34,720 nt of DNA from Candidatus Krumholzibacteriales bacterium (GTDB lineage: Bacteria; Krumholzibacteriota; Krumholzibacteriia; Krumholzibacteriales; WJIX01), in NCBI GenBank assembly GCA_046483305.1, contig JAWODM010000038.1, positions 1 through 34,720 on the forward strand, given 5' to 3'. The notes under the pieces are model-generated. The model was not told where the DNA came from, did not search any database, and saw only the letters and a list, made by a program, of their open reading frames with translations. This document shows positions 1 through 9,897 of this stretch, piece by piece. Position numbers and translations under genes: made by a program. How positions within the stretch are numbered: the stretch's first letter is position 1; each line of letters starts with the position of its first letter.

Positions 1-873
1 TACAGTGGCGGGCATAAGGCCCTCAGGGATCTCAACCTTACCATCGAAAACGGAATTTTCGGGCTGCTGGGGCCTAACGGCGCGGGCAAGACCACCCTGA
101 TGCGGATCCTGGTAACCCTGATGGAGCCCACCTCCGGCGAGGTCACCATCGGCGGTTACGACCTTAAAAAGGACAAGAAGCATATCCGGGAGATGATCGG
201 GTACCTCCCCCAGGAGTTCAAGAGCTTTCCCAAGCTCAAGACCTGGGAATTTCTCGATTACGCCGCCTCCCTGGCCGGGTTTACGGACAAAAAGAAAAGG
301 AAGGAAGCGGTTGACGGGATGCTGGAGCAGGTGGGGCTGTTCGATGCAAGAGACCGCAGGGCTTCCAAACTCAGCGGCGGGATGAAGAGGCGTCTGGGGA
401 TCGCCCAGGCGCTTATCGGCCGGCCCAGTATTCTGGTGGTGGACGAGCCGACTACCGGGCTGGACCCCGAAGAGAGGGTCAGCTTCAGAAACCTCCTGTC
501 AGATATGAGCGAGGGAGAGACCATAATCATCCTTTCCACCCATATCGTGGGGGATATCTCCAGCACCTGCCGGCGGCTGGCACTTCTTAACATGGGAGAG
601 CTGGTCTACTCGGGGCCTCCGGAAGAGCTGGTGGAGATGGCCAGGGGACATACCTGGAAAGTCAGCGCCCTGGACAGCGAACTCGAAAAACTGAAGGCGG
701 AGTATCCGGTAATATCGACCTTCCCCGCCGGGAACGGCTGGGAGGTGCACCTGATAGCGGAGGATCTGGAGGGATACGACAGTCAGCCTCTGGAGCCGGA
801 CCTCGAGCACGCCTACGTCTACTTCATGGAAAACCGGGCCGGGGAAGGTTCAGATCCGGAGATAACAGTATAG
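1..873 (+). CDS. ABC transporter ATP-binding protein (ABC-2/DrrA-like), 5' end outside window
   Basis: Frame is open from base 1 (YSGGHKALRDLNLTIENGIFGLLGPNGAGKTTLM). Walker A GPNGAGKT lies upstream of the track's start at 100. Q-loop YLPQE, signature LSGGM, Walker B/D-loop VVDEPTTGLD and H-switch STH are present. Confidence 0.95.
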   Translation, partial: YSGGHKALRDLNLTIENGIFGLLGPNGAGKTTLMRILVTLMEPTSGEVTIGGYDLKKDKKHIREMIGYLPQEFKSFPKLKTWEFLDYAASLAGFTDKKKRKEAVDGMLEQVGLFDARDRRASKLSGGMKRRLGIAQALIGRPSILVVDEPTTGLDPEERVSFRNLLSDMSEGETIIILSTHIVGDISSTCRRLALLNMGELVYSGPPEELVEMARGHTWKVSALDSELEKLKAEYPVISTFPAGNGWEVHLIAEDLEGYDSQPLEPDLEHAYVYFMENRAGEGSDPEITV

Positions 874-894
874 ATTAAACCGGGGCGGCGAAAT

Positions 895-3800
895 ATGACG
901 GCTATAACAAATATCTGGACGGTTGCTAAATTCGAGGCAAAGACCCTTTTCAGAAGCTGGTTCTTCAGGATATTCTCCCTGGTGGCGCTGGTTCTGATCA
1001 CCCTGGCAGGCATTCCGCTGTTTACCGGCATCGCGCCGGTTCCCTGGGAGTTCAGGGGGATCCCCTCCTCCATCCCATACCTTAACATACTGCTTCTCAA
1101 TGTAGTCCAGGCGGTAATCGCCATCTTTATCTCTTCAGATTTCCTCAAGCGGGACCGGAAGCTGGATACCACCGAGGCGATCTATACCAGGCCGGTGTCC
1201 AACCTGGAGTATGTGGCCGGCAAGATTCTGGCGGTACTGTTCGCCTTCCTGATCCTGAACGCGGCGGTTCTGGTAATCGCTCTGGTTTATAATATCTTCT
1301 TCGCCAATGTGGGAATAATGCCCCTCTCCTATATCCTCTATCCGATACTTATCAGTCTTCCCACAATAATCTTCATACTGGGGCTTTCGTCTCTTTTCAT
1401 GGTAACCATCAGGAACCAGGCGGTCACCTTCATCGTTCTTCTCGGATATGTGGCAACCACTATTTTCTACCTCTCCAGAAAGTTCTATAACCTGTTCGAC
1501 TATCTGGGATTCAACGTACCCTTCTTCTACTCCGATATAACGGGATTCAGCGGCATTTCGGAGCTGCTGATGCACAGGGGGATATACTTCTGCCTGGGAA
1601 TCGCCTTTATTCTGATAACCGTACTGGCGCTGAAGAGGCTTCCCCAGTCCAGGCTCTCCCGGCTCATATGCCTGGTCCTGGCTCCCCTCTTTATAGCGTG
1701 CGCAGCAGTCCTGGCTGCCGGGTTCATATCCGGCGCCGGGGGTATAGACAGCGCCAGAGAGAGGATGAAGGAAATCAACAGCGAATATACAGGGGCGCCC
1801 GCCCTGGACATCGATAAATGCGTCCTGGAACTCGGCCATGAAGGAAACTCCATAAGGGTTCAGGCGGAGTTGTCGTTCAGGAACAGGTCAGAAAACCCGG
1901 TATCGAAATACCTGTTCAATCTGAACCCCGGATTGAAGGTGGAGAGTGTTATAAGCGGCGCTCAGGAGCTTCCCTTCGAAAGGGACTATCACCTTCTGGC
2001 AGTTACTCCCCCTTCTGCCCTTCAGCCGGAGGAAGCTGATTCTCTGAAGATATCATACGCCGGCTCGATATCCGAAAATGCATGCTATCCGGATATAGAA
2101 CCGGAGAAGATCCGGGAGGATTTCAGAATAACCTTCTTCTGCGTGAAGAAGAGATACGCCTTCATCGGTTCTGATTACCTTCTGCTGACCCCGGAAGCTC
2201 ACTGGTACCCGGAGAGCGGGCCCGGATACAGGTGGGACAACCCGGCCTACGGAAATTTCGATTTCCGGACCTTTAATCTTAAGGTGAAAACCGGCCGGGA
2301 CCTTTCGGTAATTTCACAGGGAAAGGTCTCCGGAGAAGGCGGCAGCTTTTCCGTGGATCCCGGACTGCCGGTTCCCGGGTTGACTCTTGCGGCCGGGAAA
2401 TACGCAGAGAGATCGGTTACTGTCGATTCAGTGGAAATAAGCCTTCACACTATCGAGGGTCATGACTACTTCCTCCCCTACTTTGATGAAATCGGAGACA
2501 CTCTGGGTGAGGTCATAAAAGAGGAAAAAGATAATTTCGAGAGCGAGATCGGGATGGAATACCCCTACCCCGAACTGAAACTGGTGGAGGTTCCGGTCAG
2601 TTTCTTCTGCTACAGCAGGATCTGGACTCTGAGTTTTGAAGCGGTACAGCCTGAGATGGTGCTCCTTCCGGAAATGGGAGTTAACCTTCCCGGAGCCGAT
2701 TTAAGAAGACACGCCTGGGCCCAGAAAAGAAGGGAACGGAGAAGTAACCAGACCACTTCCGAAGTTGAGAAACAGGCGAATATGCTCAGCTCATTCATAA
2801 CAGAGGCCATTACCGGGGAGTTAAACCCCCCGGAATTCAGAAGAAGGTCCAACGCCGAGGTCAGCTATAACCTGTTCCCATGTTACTACACGCACATAAA
2901 TCATATTGAAAGTTACCGCTACCCGGTTCTCAATACCGCCCTTGAATCCTACCTTGCCGCGGACCTGGAAAGAGGGCCCTCCCGTTTCGTCCGCTTTTTT
3001 TCCGGAATAACCGATAACGAGAGGGCCAACATGGAGCTGGCCGATAGAAGCATGGTTGATATAATGCAGGACCCGGAGAGCAGAGAGATCCTGCCCTACG
3101 TGCTTAACCTGAAGGGTAAGCACCTGTTCCGGCTTATTGGAAGCAGGGCCGGGGAGGACGAACTGGCTGCGTATGTTAAAGAGCTCCTGAGCGAAAGCAG
3201 GTTCAGAGAACTCGGAGAAGATCAGTTCACCCGGAAGGCCTCGGAGAGATTCGGGATAGATATGTCAGGTTATATTGAGGACTGGTACACCAGAAGCGGC
3301 GTCGCCGGTTTTCTGATAAGAGACGTGGAAAACTACAAATACATAGAGGGAGATCGGACCCGCTATCAGGTCAGGCTCAAGATAAAAAACGGGAAGGAAA
3401 CCGACGGGATGGTAAAAGTGACCGTGAGCAAGCGGGGCGGCCGGAGGAGGTTCGGGCCTCCCGGTTTCCGCTCCCGCCCGGACGATGATACCTCCACCGA
3501 GCGGTATCTCTTCCTGGAAGGGAACCAGGCGCGAGAAATCGGCATGGTGCTGAATTACGAACCGTCGGTGATGACCATAGATATGATGGTCTCCAACAAC
3601 CTCCCGGCGGTAATAGAGAGAGAGTTCGAAGAGTTTGAGCTGAGAAAATCGCACGCCCCGCTGGATGGAATCCGCGAGATTCCTCCCTCCGGCATCAGAG
3701 AGCATAATCCCGGGGAGATAGTGGTGGACAACGAAGATCCCGGCTTTGCGGCCATGGAGAAGGAGGAAACCAGCCTTCTCAAGAAGGTCCTTCCGGACTT

Positions 3801-4251
3801 CTGGAGGTCAGAGGATGAGCAGAAATATTCGGGGCTCCGGTACTGGCAGTCATCCAACGAATGGAAAGCTACCATAAGCTCAGATTTCTATGGGAAGTAC
3901 ATCCGGTCCGCTCATTTCATCCAACCGGGAGACGGAGACCTCAAGGCGGAATGGAACGCTGATATACCCGAAAGCGGCTATTACGACGTCTACTGCTACA
4001 TAAGCAAGATCAGAACCCCCTGGGGAAGAAGAAGGCGCGACCGGGACGAACACTCCTACGGAAGAAACCAGTATATAATCCATCACGACGATGGCGTCGA
4101 AGAGACCGGCATCGACCTGGATAACGCATCAGAGGGATGGAATTTCATGGGTTCATACTACTTCTCCGCCGGAAAGGCCAAAATCGAAATCACAAATGAG
4201 GGGGAAGGCAGGTTTATTATCGCTGACGCGGTAAAATGGGTGCACCAGTAA
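895..4251 (+). CDS. ABC-2-type permease fused to a degenerate M1-aminopeptidase-like periplasmic domain and a C-terminal golvesin/xanthan-lyase-CBM-like domain
   Basis: The N-terminal ~280 aa carry about 7 hydrophobic segments and the ABC-2 motif 'EAIYTRPVSNLEYVAGK'. The middle resembles the M1 fold (FNLNPGLKV, YPYPELKLVEVP, NLKGKHLFRLI) but lacks HEXXH. The C-terminus 'IVVDNEDPGF...GYYDVY...GWNFMGSYYF...IADAVKWV' is golvesin-like. Confidence 0.8.
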   Translation: MTAITNIWTVAKFEAKTLFRSWFFRIFSLVALVLITLAGIPLFTGIAPVPWEFRGIPSSIPYLNILLLNVVQAVIAIFISSDFLKRDRKLDTTEAIYTRPVSNLEYVAGKILAVLFAFLILNAAVLVIALVYNIFFANVGIMPLSYILYPILISLPTIIFILGLSSLFMVTIRNQAVTFIVLLGYVATTIFYLSRKFYNLFDYLGFNVPFFYSDITGFSGISELLMHRGIYFCLGIAFILITVLALKRLPQSRLSRLICLVLAPLFIACAAVLAAGFISGAGGIDSARERMKEINSEYTGAPALDIDKCVLELGHEGNSIRVQAELSFRNRSENPVSKYLFNLNPGLKVESVISGAQELPFERDYHLLAVTPPSALQPEEADSLKISYAGSISENACYPDIEPEKIREDFRITFFCVKKRYAFIGSDYLLLTPEAHWYPESGPGYRWDNPAYGNFDFRTFNLKVKTGRDLSVISQGKVSGEGGSFSVDPGLPVPGLTLAAGKYAERSVTVDSVEISLHTIEGHDYFLPYFDEIGDTLGEVIKEEKDNFESEIGMEYPYPELKLVEVPVSFFCYSRIWTLSFEAVQPEMVLLPEMGVNLPGADLRRHAWAQKRRERRSNQTTSEVEKQANMLSSFITEAITGELNPPEFRRRSNAEVSYNLFPCYYTHINHIESYRYPVLNTALESYLAADLERGPSRFVRFFSGITDNERANMELADRSMVDIMQDPESREILPYVLNLKGKHLFRLIGSRAGEDELAAYVKELLSESRFRELGEDQFTRKASERFGIDMSGYIEDWYTRSGVAGFLIRDVENYKYIEGDRTRYQVRLKIKNGKETDGMVKVTVSKRGGRRRFGPPGFRSRPDDDTSTERYLFLEGNQAREIGMVLNYEPSVMTIDMMVSNNLPAVIEREFEEFELRKSHAPLDGIREIPPSGIREHNPGEIVVDNEDPGFAAMEKEETSLLKKVLPDFWRSEDEQKYSGLRYWQSSNEWKATISSDFYGKYIRSAHFIQPGDGDLKAEWNADIPESGYYDVYCYISKIRTPWGRRRRDRDEHSYGRNQYIIHHDDGVEETGIDLDNASEGWNFMGSYYFSAGKAKIEITNEGEGRFIIADAVKWVHQ

Positions 4252-4289
4252 GAACGGCCGGATTCGGCCGAAGAGACAGGAATATAATT

Positions 4290-5756
4290 ATGAAAATGGT
4301 TACGGTAAAGTTAGCGGCAGCGGCGGCACTGCTTGCCTGCCTCTGCGGGAATACTTACTCTGAGCAGGTTCTGACCCTGGAAAAAGCTATTCAGACCGGA
4401 ATGCAGAACAGCCCCTCCATCAAACAATCGAGGTACAGCCTGAAGAGAAGCAACGCTTCGCTGAACGCCGCCAGAGCCCGGCTGAAATCTAAATTCAGCC
4501 TGTCGGTCACGCCGGTCAGTTACACCGAAAACCTCAACTTCAACGACCAGTTCTCGGAGTGGTACCGCAGAGAGACCACCGAGCACTCGGGAACCTTCCG
4601 GATAGAACAGCCGATCAAATGGACCGACGGAACCCTCTCCCTGATTGACCGCCTTTCATGGCGTGAATCGTACAGCAGCTTCTCGGATATTACGGACAGG
4701 AGCTATACCAACGATTTTTATATCAGTCTCAGCCAGCCGCTTTTCACCTACAACCGGACCAAACTCGACATGGAGGAGCTGGAGCTGGACCTGGAGAGAA
4801 CCCGGCTACAGTATATGATACAGAAGCTGTCGCTGGAAAAGCAGATTACCGAGAGCTTCTTCAACCTCTACAAGATAAAGAAGAGCATGGAGATTGCGGC
4901 GGAGGACAACCAGATCAAACAGGAAAGCTACGATATCATGAAGAACAAGGTGGAAGCGGGCCTGAGCAAAAGGGAAGACCTCTATCAGGCGGAGCTGAAT
5001 CTTGCCAACAGCGAGCTGACCCTTAAGAACGAACAGGTGGAACTGGAAAACGCCCTGGACAACTTCAAGAGGCTTCTGGGAATACCTGTCACCGAGGATA
5101 TTTCGATATCAGCCGACGTCTCGTACCAGCCGGTGGATGTGGACCTGCAGAAGGCGATCCGGCACGGGCTGGAGTACCGGATGGAGCTGAGGCAGGCTGC
5201 CATAGATATTCAGAACGCCCGGAACGCTATAATAGAGACCGGAGCCAGAAATGAGTTTTACGGTAACCTGGAGCTTTCCTACGGAAGCATAGGAAAGAAC
5301 GAGCAGTTCAGAGATATTTACGATCAGCCGGAGAAGAACCAGCAGATGCGGCTCTCCTTCGAAGTTCCCATCTGGGACTGGGGGGAGAAGGAATCGATGC
5401 TGGAGGCCTCCAGGGCCACCCTTGATTCCAGGGAGCTGGACCTGGAAACCGCCAGAGAAGATATTATTATAGAAATACGGCAGGTCTACCGGAACCTGAA
5501 CAACCAGGTGGTCAGAATCCAGATAGCCGACAAGAACGTGGAGAACTCTCAGCTCACCTACGATATAAACCTGGAGCGGTACAAGAACGGGGACCTTACC
5601 AGCAAGGACCTGAACGATTACCAGAACCAGCTGGCCCGGGAGAAGAACTCCAGGGTATCGGCCCTGATCCAGTACAAACTCTACCTGCTGGAGATGAAAA
5701 TCAAATCGCTCTGGGACTTCGAAAACGGATATTCTGTAATTCAGGAGATAGAATAA
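4290..5756 (+). CDS. TolC-family outer membrane channel
   Basis: Signal peptide followed by 'LTLEKAIQTGMQNSP', with twofold OEP pattern (SLSQPLF; SFEVPIWDWG; ERYKNG). Start moved to ATG 4290, after an AGGA, avoiding overlap with the upstream gene. Confidence 0.92.
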   Translation: MKMVTVKLAAAAALLACLCGNTYSEQVLTLEKAIQTGMQNSPSIKQSRYSLKRSNASLNAARARLKSKFSLSVTPVSYTENLNFNDQFSEWYRRETTEHSGTFRIEQPIKWTDGTLSLIDRLSWRESYSSFSDITDRSYTNDFYISLSQPLFTYNRTKLDMEELELDLERTRLQYMIQKLSLEKQITESFFNLYKIKKSMEIAAEDNQIKQESYDIMKNKVEAGLSKREDLYQAELNLANSELTLKNEQVELENALDNFKRLLGIPVTEDISISADVSYQPVDVDLQKAIRHGLEYRMELRQAAIDIQNARNAIIETGARNEFYGNLELSYGSIGKNEQFRDIYDQPEKNQQMRLSFEVPIWDWGEKESMLEASRATLDSRELDLETAREDIIIEIRQVYRNLNNQVVRIQIADKNVENSQLTYDINLERYKNGDLTSKDLNDYQNQLAREKNSRVSALIQYKLYLLEMKIKSLWDFENGYSVIQEIE

Positions 5757-5766
5757 GGAGTTGAAT

Positions 5767-6810
5767 GTGAAAAAGGTTATATTAATAGCGGTTCTTCTTA
5801 TCGGTTCCTGCGGCGGAGAGGGTATGGATACCGGAACGGAAGTGCCCGCGCCGGTATCGGTCAGGGAAATCAAACTTTCTTCCATAGAAGAATACATAGA
5901 ATCGACCGGGACCGTAACCCCCCTGAAAAAGGCCGCCCTGAAATCAAAAAACAGCGGCTACTACCAACTCCTGGATAATCCGGAGACCGGAGAGGTATTC
6001 GCTCTCGGCGACCTGGTTGCCGAAAACGGGGTGATTATCAAGCTGGAGAACCCCGAACTCGAGAACAACATAATGCTGGAGTCGAAGAAACTGGAGCTGG
6101 AAACCTCGGAGCTTGAATACAGGAACCAGAAAGCCCTTTACGAAAAGGGCGGGGTTACCTATCGGGAGCTGATAAACGCCGAGAAGGCCTGGATAAACGC
6201 TAAGTACAACTATGAAAACGCCAGGATTCAGCTGGCTTCGCTTCAGATAAGAGCGCCGTTTACCGGAGAGATAGCAGAGCTTCCCTATTACACTCCCGGT
6301 ACCGAGATAGATGCCGGCACCGAGCTGGTTACCCTTATGGATTACCATACTCTCAGGCTGGAACTCAACATACCGGGCTCCGAGTTTCACCGGGTGAAGA
6401 CCGGGCAGCATTCGGACATAACCCACTATCTGATGCCCGATGACACCCTGGCAGGCCGGATAACCCAGAAGTCCCCGGTGGTAGACCCGGACACCAGGTC
6501 ATTCAAAGTGAAGCTCCTGGTGGACAATACGGAACTGAAGCTTAAACCCGGTATGTTCGTCAAGGCGCAGGTAACGGTGACGCGAAGAGACAGCACCATA
6601 GTCATCCCCAGGGATATTGTGCTGATGAAGGACCGGGGCAAGACGGTTTTTATAGTGGAGAAGGGAGCCGCCAGGGAAAGAGTCATTGAGACCGGTATAG
6701 GGAATGCTGACAGTGTGGAAGTCGTTTCCGGCCTCAGAGAGAATGAACGGCTGGTGGTCAAGGGGTTCGAAACCCTGAAACACCGCTCCAGGGTGAAAGT
6801 ACTCAGATAA
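5767..6810 (+). CDS. RND efflux periplasmic adaptor (membrane fusion protein), probable lipoprotein
   Basis: Lipobox-like LIGSC and MFP motifs IRAPFTGEI, PVVDPDTRSF, LKPGMFV, VEVVSGL. GTG 5767 sits 6 nt after AAGGAG; the track's TTG 5761 abuts the SD. Confidence 0.92.
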   Translation: MKKVILIAVLLIGSCGGEGMDTGTEVPAPVSVREIKLSSIEEYIESTGTVTPLKKAALKSKNSGYYQLLDNPETGEVFALGDLVAENGVIIKLENPELENNIMLESKKLELETSELEYRNQKALYEKGGVTYRELINAEKAWINAKYNYENARIQLASLQIRAPFTGEIAELPYYTPGTEIDAGTELVTLMDYHTLRLELNIPGSEFHRVKTGQHSDITHYLMPDDTLAGRITQKSPVVDPDTRSFKVKLLVDNTELKLKPGMFVKAQVTVTRRDSTIVIPRDIVLMKDRGKTVFIVEKGAARERVIETGIGNADSVEVVSGLRENERLVVKGFETLKHRSRVKVLR

Positions 6811-6843
6811 TCATTATTTCCACGGAGAAGGCGCTGGAATAAT

Positions 6844-9800
6844 ATGGAGAAAATAGCAAGGTTCTCAGTAAATCAGCCGGTTACCGTCCTGATGTTCATC
6901 CTGGCGGTGATCCTTCTGGGCGTGATTTCGTTTCAGAGGCTGGGGGTCGAGATCATGCCCGATCTCAAGAATCCCTCTCTGTTCGTAGAGCTGGATGCGG
7001 GCGAACGCCCCCCCGAAGAGATAGAAGACCTCTACGTCGAGCAGATAGAATCTATTGCCAGCAGGCAGAGAGGCGTTATTGAGGTTGAATCAACCATCAG
7101 GACCGGGGCGGCACTGGTATCGGTATCCTACAGCTGGGGGACTGATATGGATGCCGCTTTCCTGGAGCTCCAGAAAAGCGTCAACGACCTGTCCCAGCAG
7201 TTTGACATTGAAGATATCTCCATAACCCAGTACGACCCCAACGCCGAGCCGGTAATGACCCTGGCGATGTACCATCCCGGGATAACCGATATGAACGAGC
7301 TGCGCAAAACGGCTGAGTATTACCTGCAGAACGAACTGATCAGAATCGACGGAATAGCGGAGGTGGAGATCCTGGGTGAGGAGGAAAGCGAGCTGGTGGT
7401 GGAGACAGACCGCTATCTTCTGGACGCCTACGGTATTACCACCGATCAGATAACCGCCAGAATCCAGAACTTCAACCAGAATGTTTCCGGCGGCTCGGTG
7501 CTGGAGATGGGCAGAAAATATATAATCAAGGGAGTTGGAATCTTCGAATCGATTGAAGATATCCGCAATCTGGTTCTTGATTACAGGGAAGGCCGGGAAA
7601 CGGCGGCGGAGAACAGGACCGCCATCTACCTGAAAGATGTGGCTGAGGTAACAGAGCGCAACAGGGACCCTGAAAATATAGTCAAGGTCAACGGGACCAG
7701 GTGTATCGGACTGGGTATATACAGGGAAACCAGGTTCAACACCGTGGAAGCGGTGGATAAGCTATCCGGCCGGCTGGACGAGATAAGAAAGGCGCTGCCC
7801 GGGTACGAACTGGTTGAGGTTGAGAACAGGGCCGACTATGTGGTATCGGCCATAAACGAAGTGGAGCAGACAGCTCTGATAGGGATAGTGCTGGCAGTAA
7901 TCATCCTGTTCGTTTTTCTCAGGAGGATCGGAACCACCGCGGTGATAAGCATATCGATCCCGATATCGGTGATTGCCACCTTCACCCTGATGTATTTCAA
8001 CTCGCTTTCGATCAATATCATGACCCTGGGCGGTCTGGCCCTGGGAGCGGGGATGCTGGTTGATAACGCCATCGTAGTGGTGGAGAATATAGTCCGCAAC
8101 ATGGAAACCGGGCTGGGAGCGAAGGAATCATCAATCAGAGGTACCGCCCAGATATTCGGCGCGATCACCGCCGCCACGGTTACCACCATCGTGGTTTTCC
8201 TGCCCATTGTTTACATCCATGGAGTAGCCGGAGAGCTTTTCAGGGACCAGGCCCTCACCGTCACCTTCTCTCTTCTCTCTTCGCTGGTGGTGGCGGTGCT
8301 GGTTATTCCGATGCTCAGTTCCAGGACTTTGAAGAGGGGCCCCGCCGATATAAAACTGTCCGAATCCAGATTCAGAAGGTACGGAGAATTCCTGGAGAAG
8401 GCACTTCGCAGGCGCTGGATGGTGATACTGCTGGCCGCCGCCCTGGTTGGCGCCTCCCTCCTGCTGCTTCCGGTGGTAGGGAGCGAATTCATACCGGATA
8501 CCGGGATGAACCAGTTCAGTATAGATATCGCCATGCCGCCCGGGACCGGCCTGGAGCGGTGCTCCGAGGCGGTTGACGGGATCACCTATGGAGTCAGAGA
8601 GATTCTGGGGGATCAGATCGGCCTGACCTACAGTGTGGCTGGACCGGTCAGTGATATTGAATCAAATGAAACAGGGATCTTCAGGGACGAGAATACCGCT
8701 TCCATAAAGGTGGTTCTCAGCGACCAGGCCGGAATGGACAGCGAATCGGTTATCGACAGGCTCAGCGGCAGGCTTTCCCGGAACCCGGAGATAGAGATAC
8801 AGTTCATAGAGGATCAATCGGCCCTGAGTTCGATAGCCGGGACCCGGACCGCCCCCATAGTGGTTCAGGTGAGCGGAGAAGACCTCGACTCCCTGAGAGT
8901 GTTCACCGGGAGGATAAAGAGCAGGCTGCAGCCGCAGGAGGAACTGTTCAATCTGGAGACATCCTTTGAGAAGGGACGCCCCGAGGTGGAAATCCATCCG
9001 GACCGGCTTAGAGCCGGGGTGCTGGGTATAGGGATCAGCGACATAACCGGCCAGCTCAGGGACAGGCTGATCGGAACAGAGATTGACGACTGGGACAGAT
9101 CTGGCGAAAAGATAGACATAATCCTTAAGTACCCCGACGCCACTCTCAGCGATCTGGAAAACTTTACTCTGGAGAAAGGGGGCAGGGAGGTTCTCCTTAA
9201 GGAAATCGCTTCCATAAGAACAGGTTTCGCCCCACAGCAGATCAAGAGAAGGGGACAGAAAAGACTGGGAGAGGTAACCGCCTATTACCGCCAGGAAAAG
9301 GCCTTCGACCACGTTATAAAGGGGATCGAGCGGCGGCTGAGCGACCTTTCTCTTCCCGCTGACTACTCTCTTGAAATAGTGGGCGAAGAGCAGAAACGCA
9401 GGGAATCTTTCCGGGATCTGAGATTCGCCCTGATTCTTTCGATAATACTGGTATATATGGTCCTGGCATCCCAGTTCGAATCACTGATCCACCCCTTTAC
9501 CATTCTGCTGACCATCCCGCTGGCGGGGGTGGGAGCTGTTCTGATATTCCTTATTACAGGAAATACATTGAGCATCATGGCCTATATCGGGATAATCATG
9601 CTGGCCGGGATAGCGGTCAACGACTCCATAATACTGGTGGACAGGATCAACAGGATAAAGAGATCCGGTATGGAAAAAGACACCGCGATAATCACCGGCG
9701 CCAGAGAGAGAATCCGTCCCATAATCATGACCAGTGTTACCACTATCCTGGCCCTTCTTCCCCTCACGGTTGGATTCGGTGAAAGCGCGGCTTTGAGAGC

Positions 9801-9897
9801 TCCCATGGCGCTGGCAGTTATCGGGGGGCTGTTCACCTCCACCCTGCTGACCCTGGTAGTGATACCCTGTGTCTATTCCGTCCTGGATAGAGATTGA
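6844..9897 (+). CDS. RND efflux permease (AcrB/AcrD/AcrF superfamily)
   Basis: 1017 aa with RND topology of two large periplasmic loops. TM4 GMLVDNAIVVVENI, 'YMVLASQFES..HP', TM10 GIAVNDSIILVD, TM11 RIRPIIMTS. Confidence 0.95.
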   Translation: MEKIARFSVNQPVTVLMFILAVILLGVISFQRLGVEIMPDLKNPSLFVELDAGERPPEEIEDLYVEQIESIASRQRGVIEVESTIRTGAALVSVSYSWGTDMDAAFLELQKSVNDLSQQFDIEDISITQYDPNAEPVMTLAMYHPGITDMNELRKTAEYYLQNELIRIDGIAEVEILGEEESELVVETDRYLLDAYGITTDQITARIQNFNQNVSGGSVLEMGRKYIIKGVGIFESIEDIRNLVLDYREGRETAAENRTAIYLKDVAEVTERNRDPENIVKVNGTRCIGLGIYRETRFNTVEAVDKLSGRLDEIRKALPGYELVEVENRADYVVSAINEVEQTALIGIVLAVIILFVFLRRIGTTAVISISIPISVIATFTLMYFNSLSINIMTLGGLALGAGMLVDNAIVVVENIVRNMETGLGAKESSIRGTAQIFGAITAATVTTIVVFLPIVYIHGVAGELFRDQALTVTFSLLSSLVVAVLVIPMLSSRTLKRGPADIKLSESRFRRYGEFLEKALRRRWMVILLAAALVGASLLLLPVVGSEFIPDTGMNQFSIDIAMPPGTGLERCSEAVDGITYGVREILGDQIGLTYSVAGPVSDIESNETGIFRDENTASIKVVLSDQAGMDSESVIDRLSGRLSRNPEIEIQFIEDQSALSSIAGTRTAPIVVQVSGEDLDSLRVFTGRIKSRLQPQEELFNLETSFEKGRPEVEIHPDRLRAGVLGIGISDITGQLRDRLIGTEIDDWDRSGEKIDIILKYPDATLSDLENFTLEKGGREVLLKEIASIRTGFAPQQIKRRGQKRLGEVTAYYRQEKAFDHVIKGIERRLSDLSLPADYSLEIVGEEQKRRESFRDLRFALILSIILVYMVLASQFESLIHPFTILLTIPLAGVGAVLIFLITGNTLSIMAYIGIIMLAGIAVNDSIILVDRINRIKRSGMEKDTAIITGARERIRPIIMTSVTTILALLPLTVGFGESAALRAPMALAVIGGLFTSTLLTLVVIPCVYSVLDRD

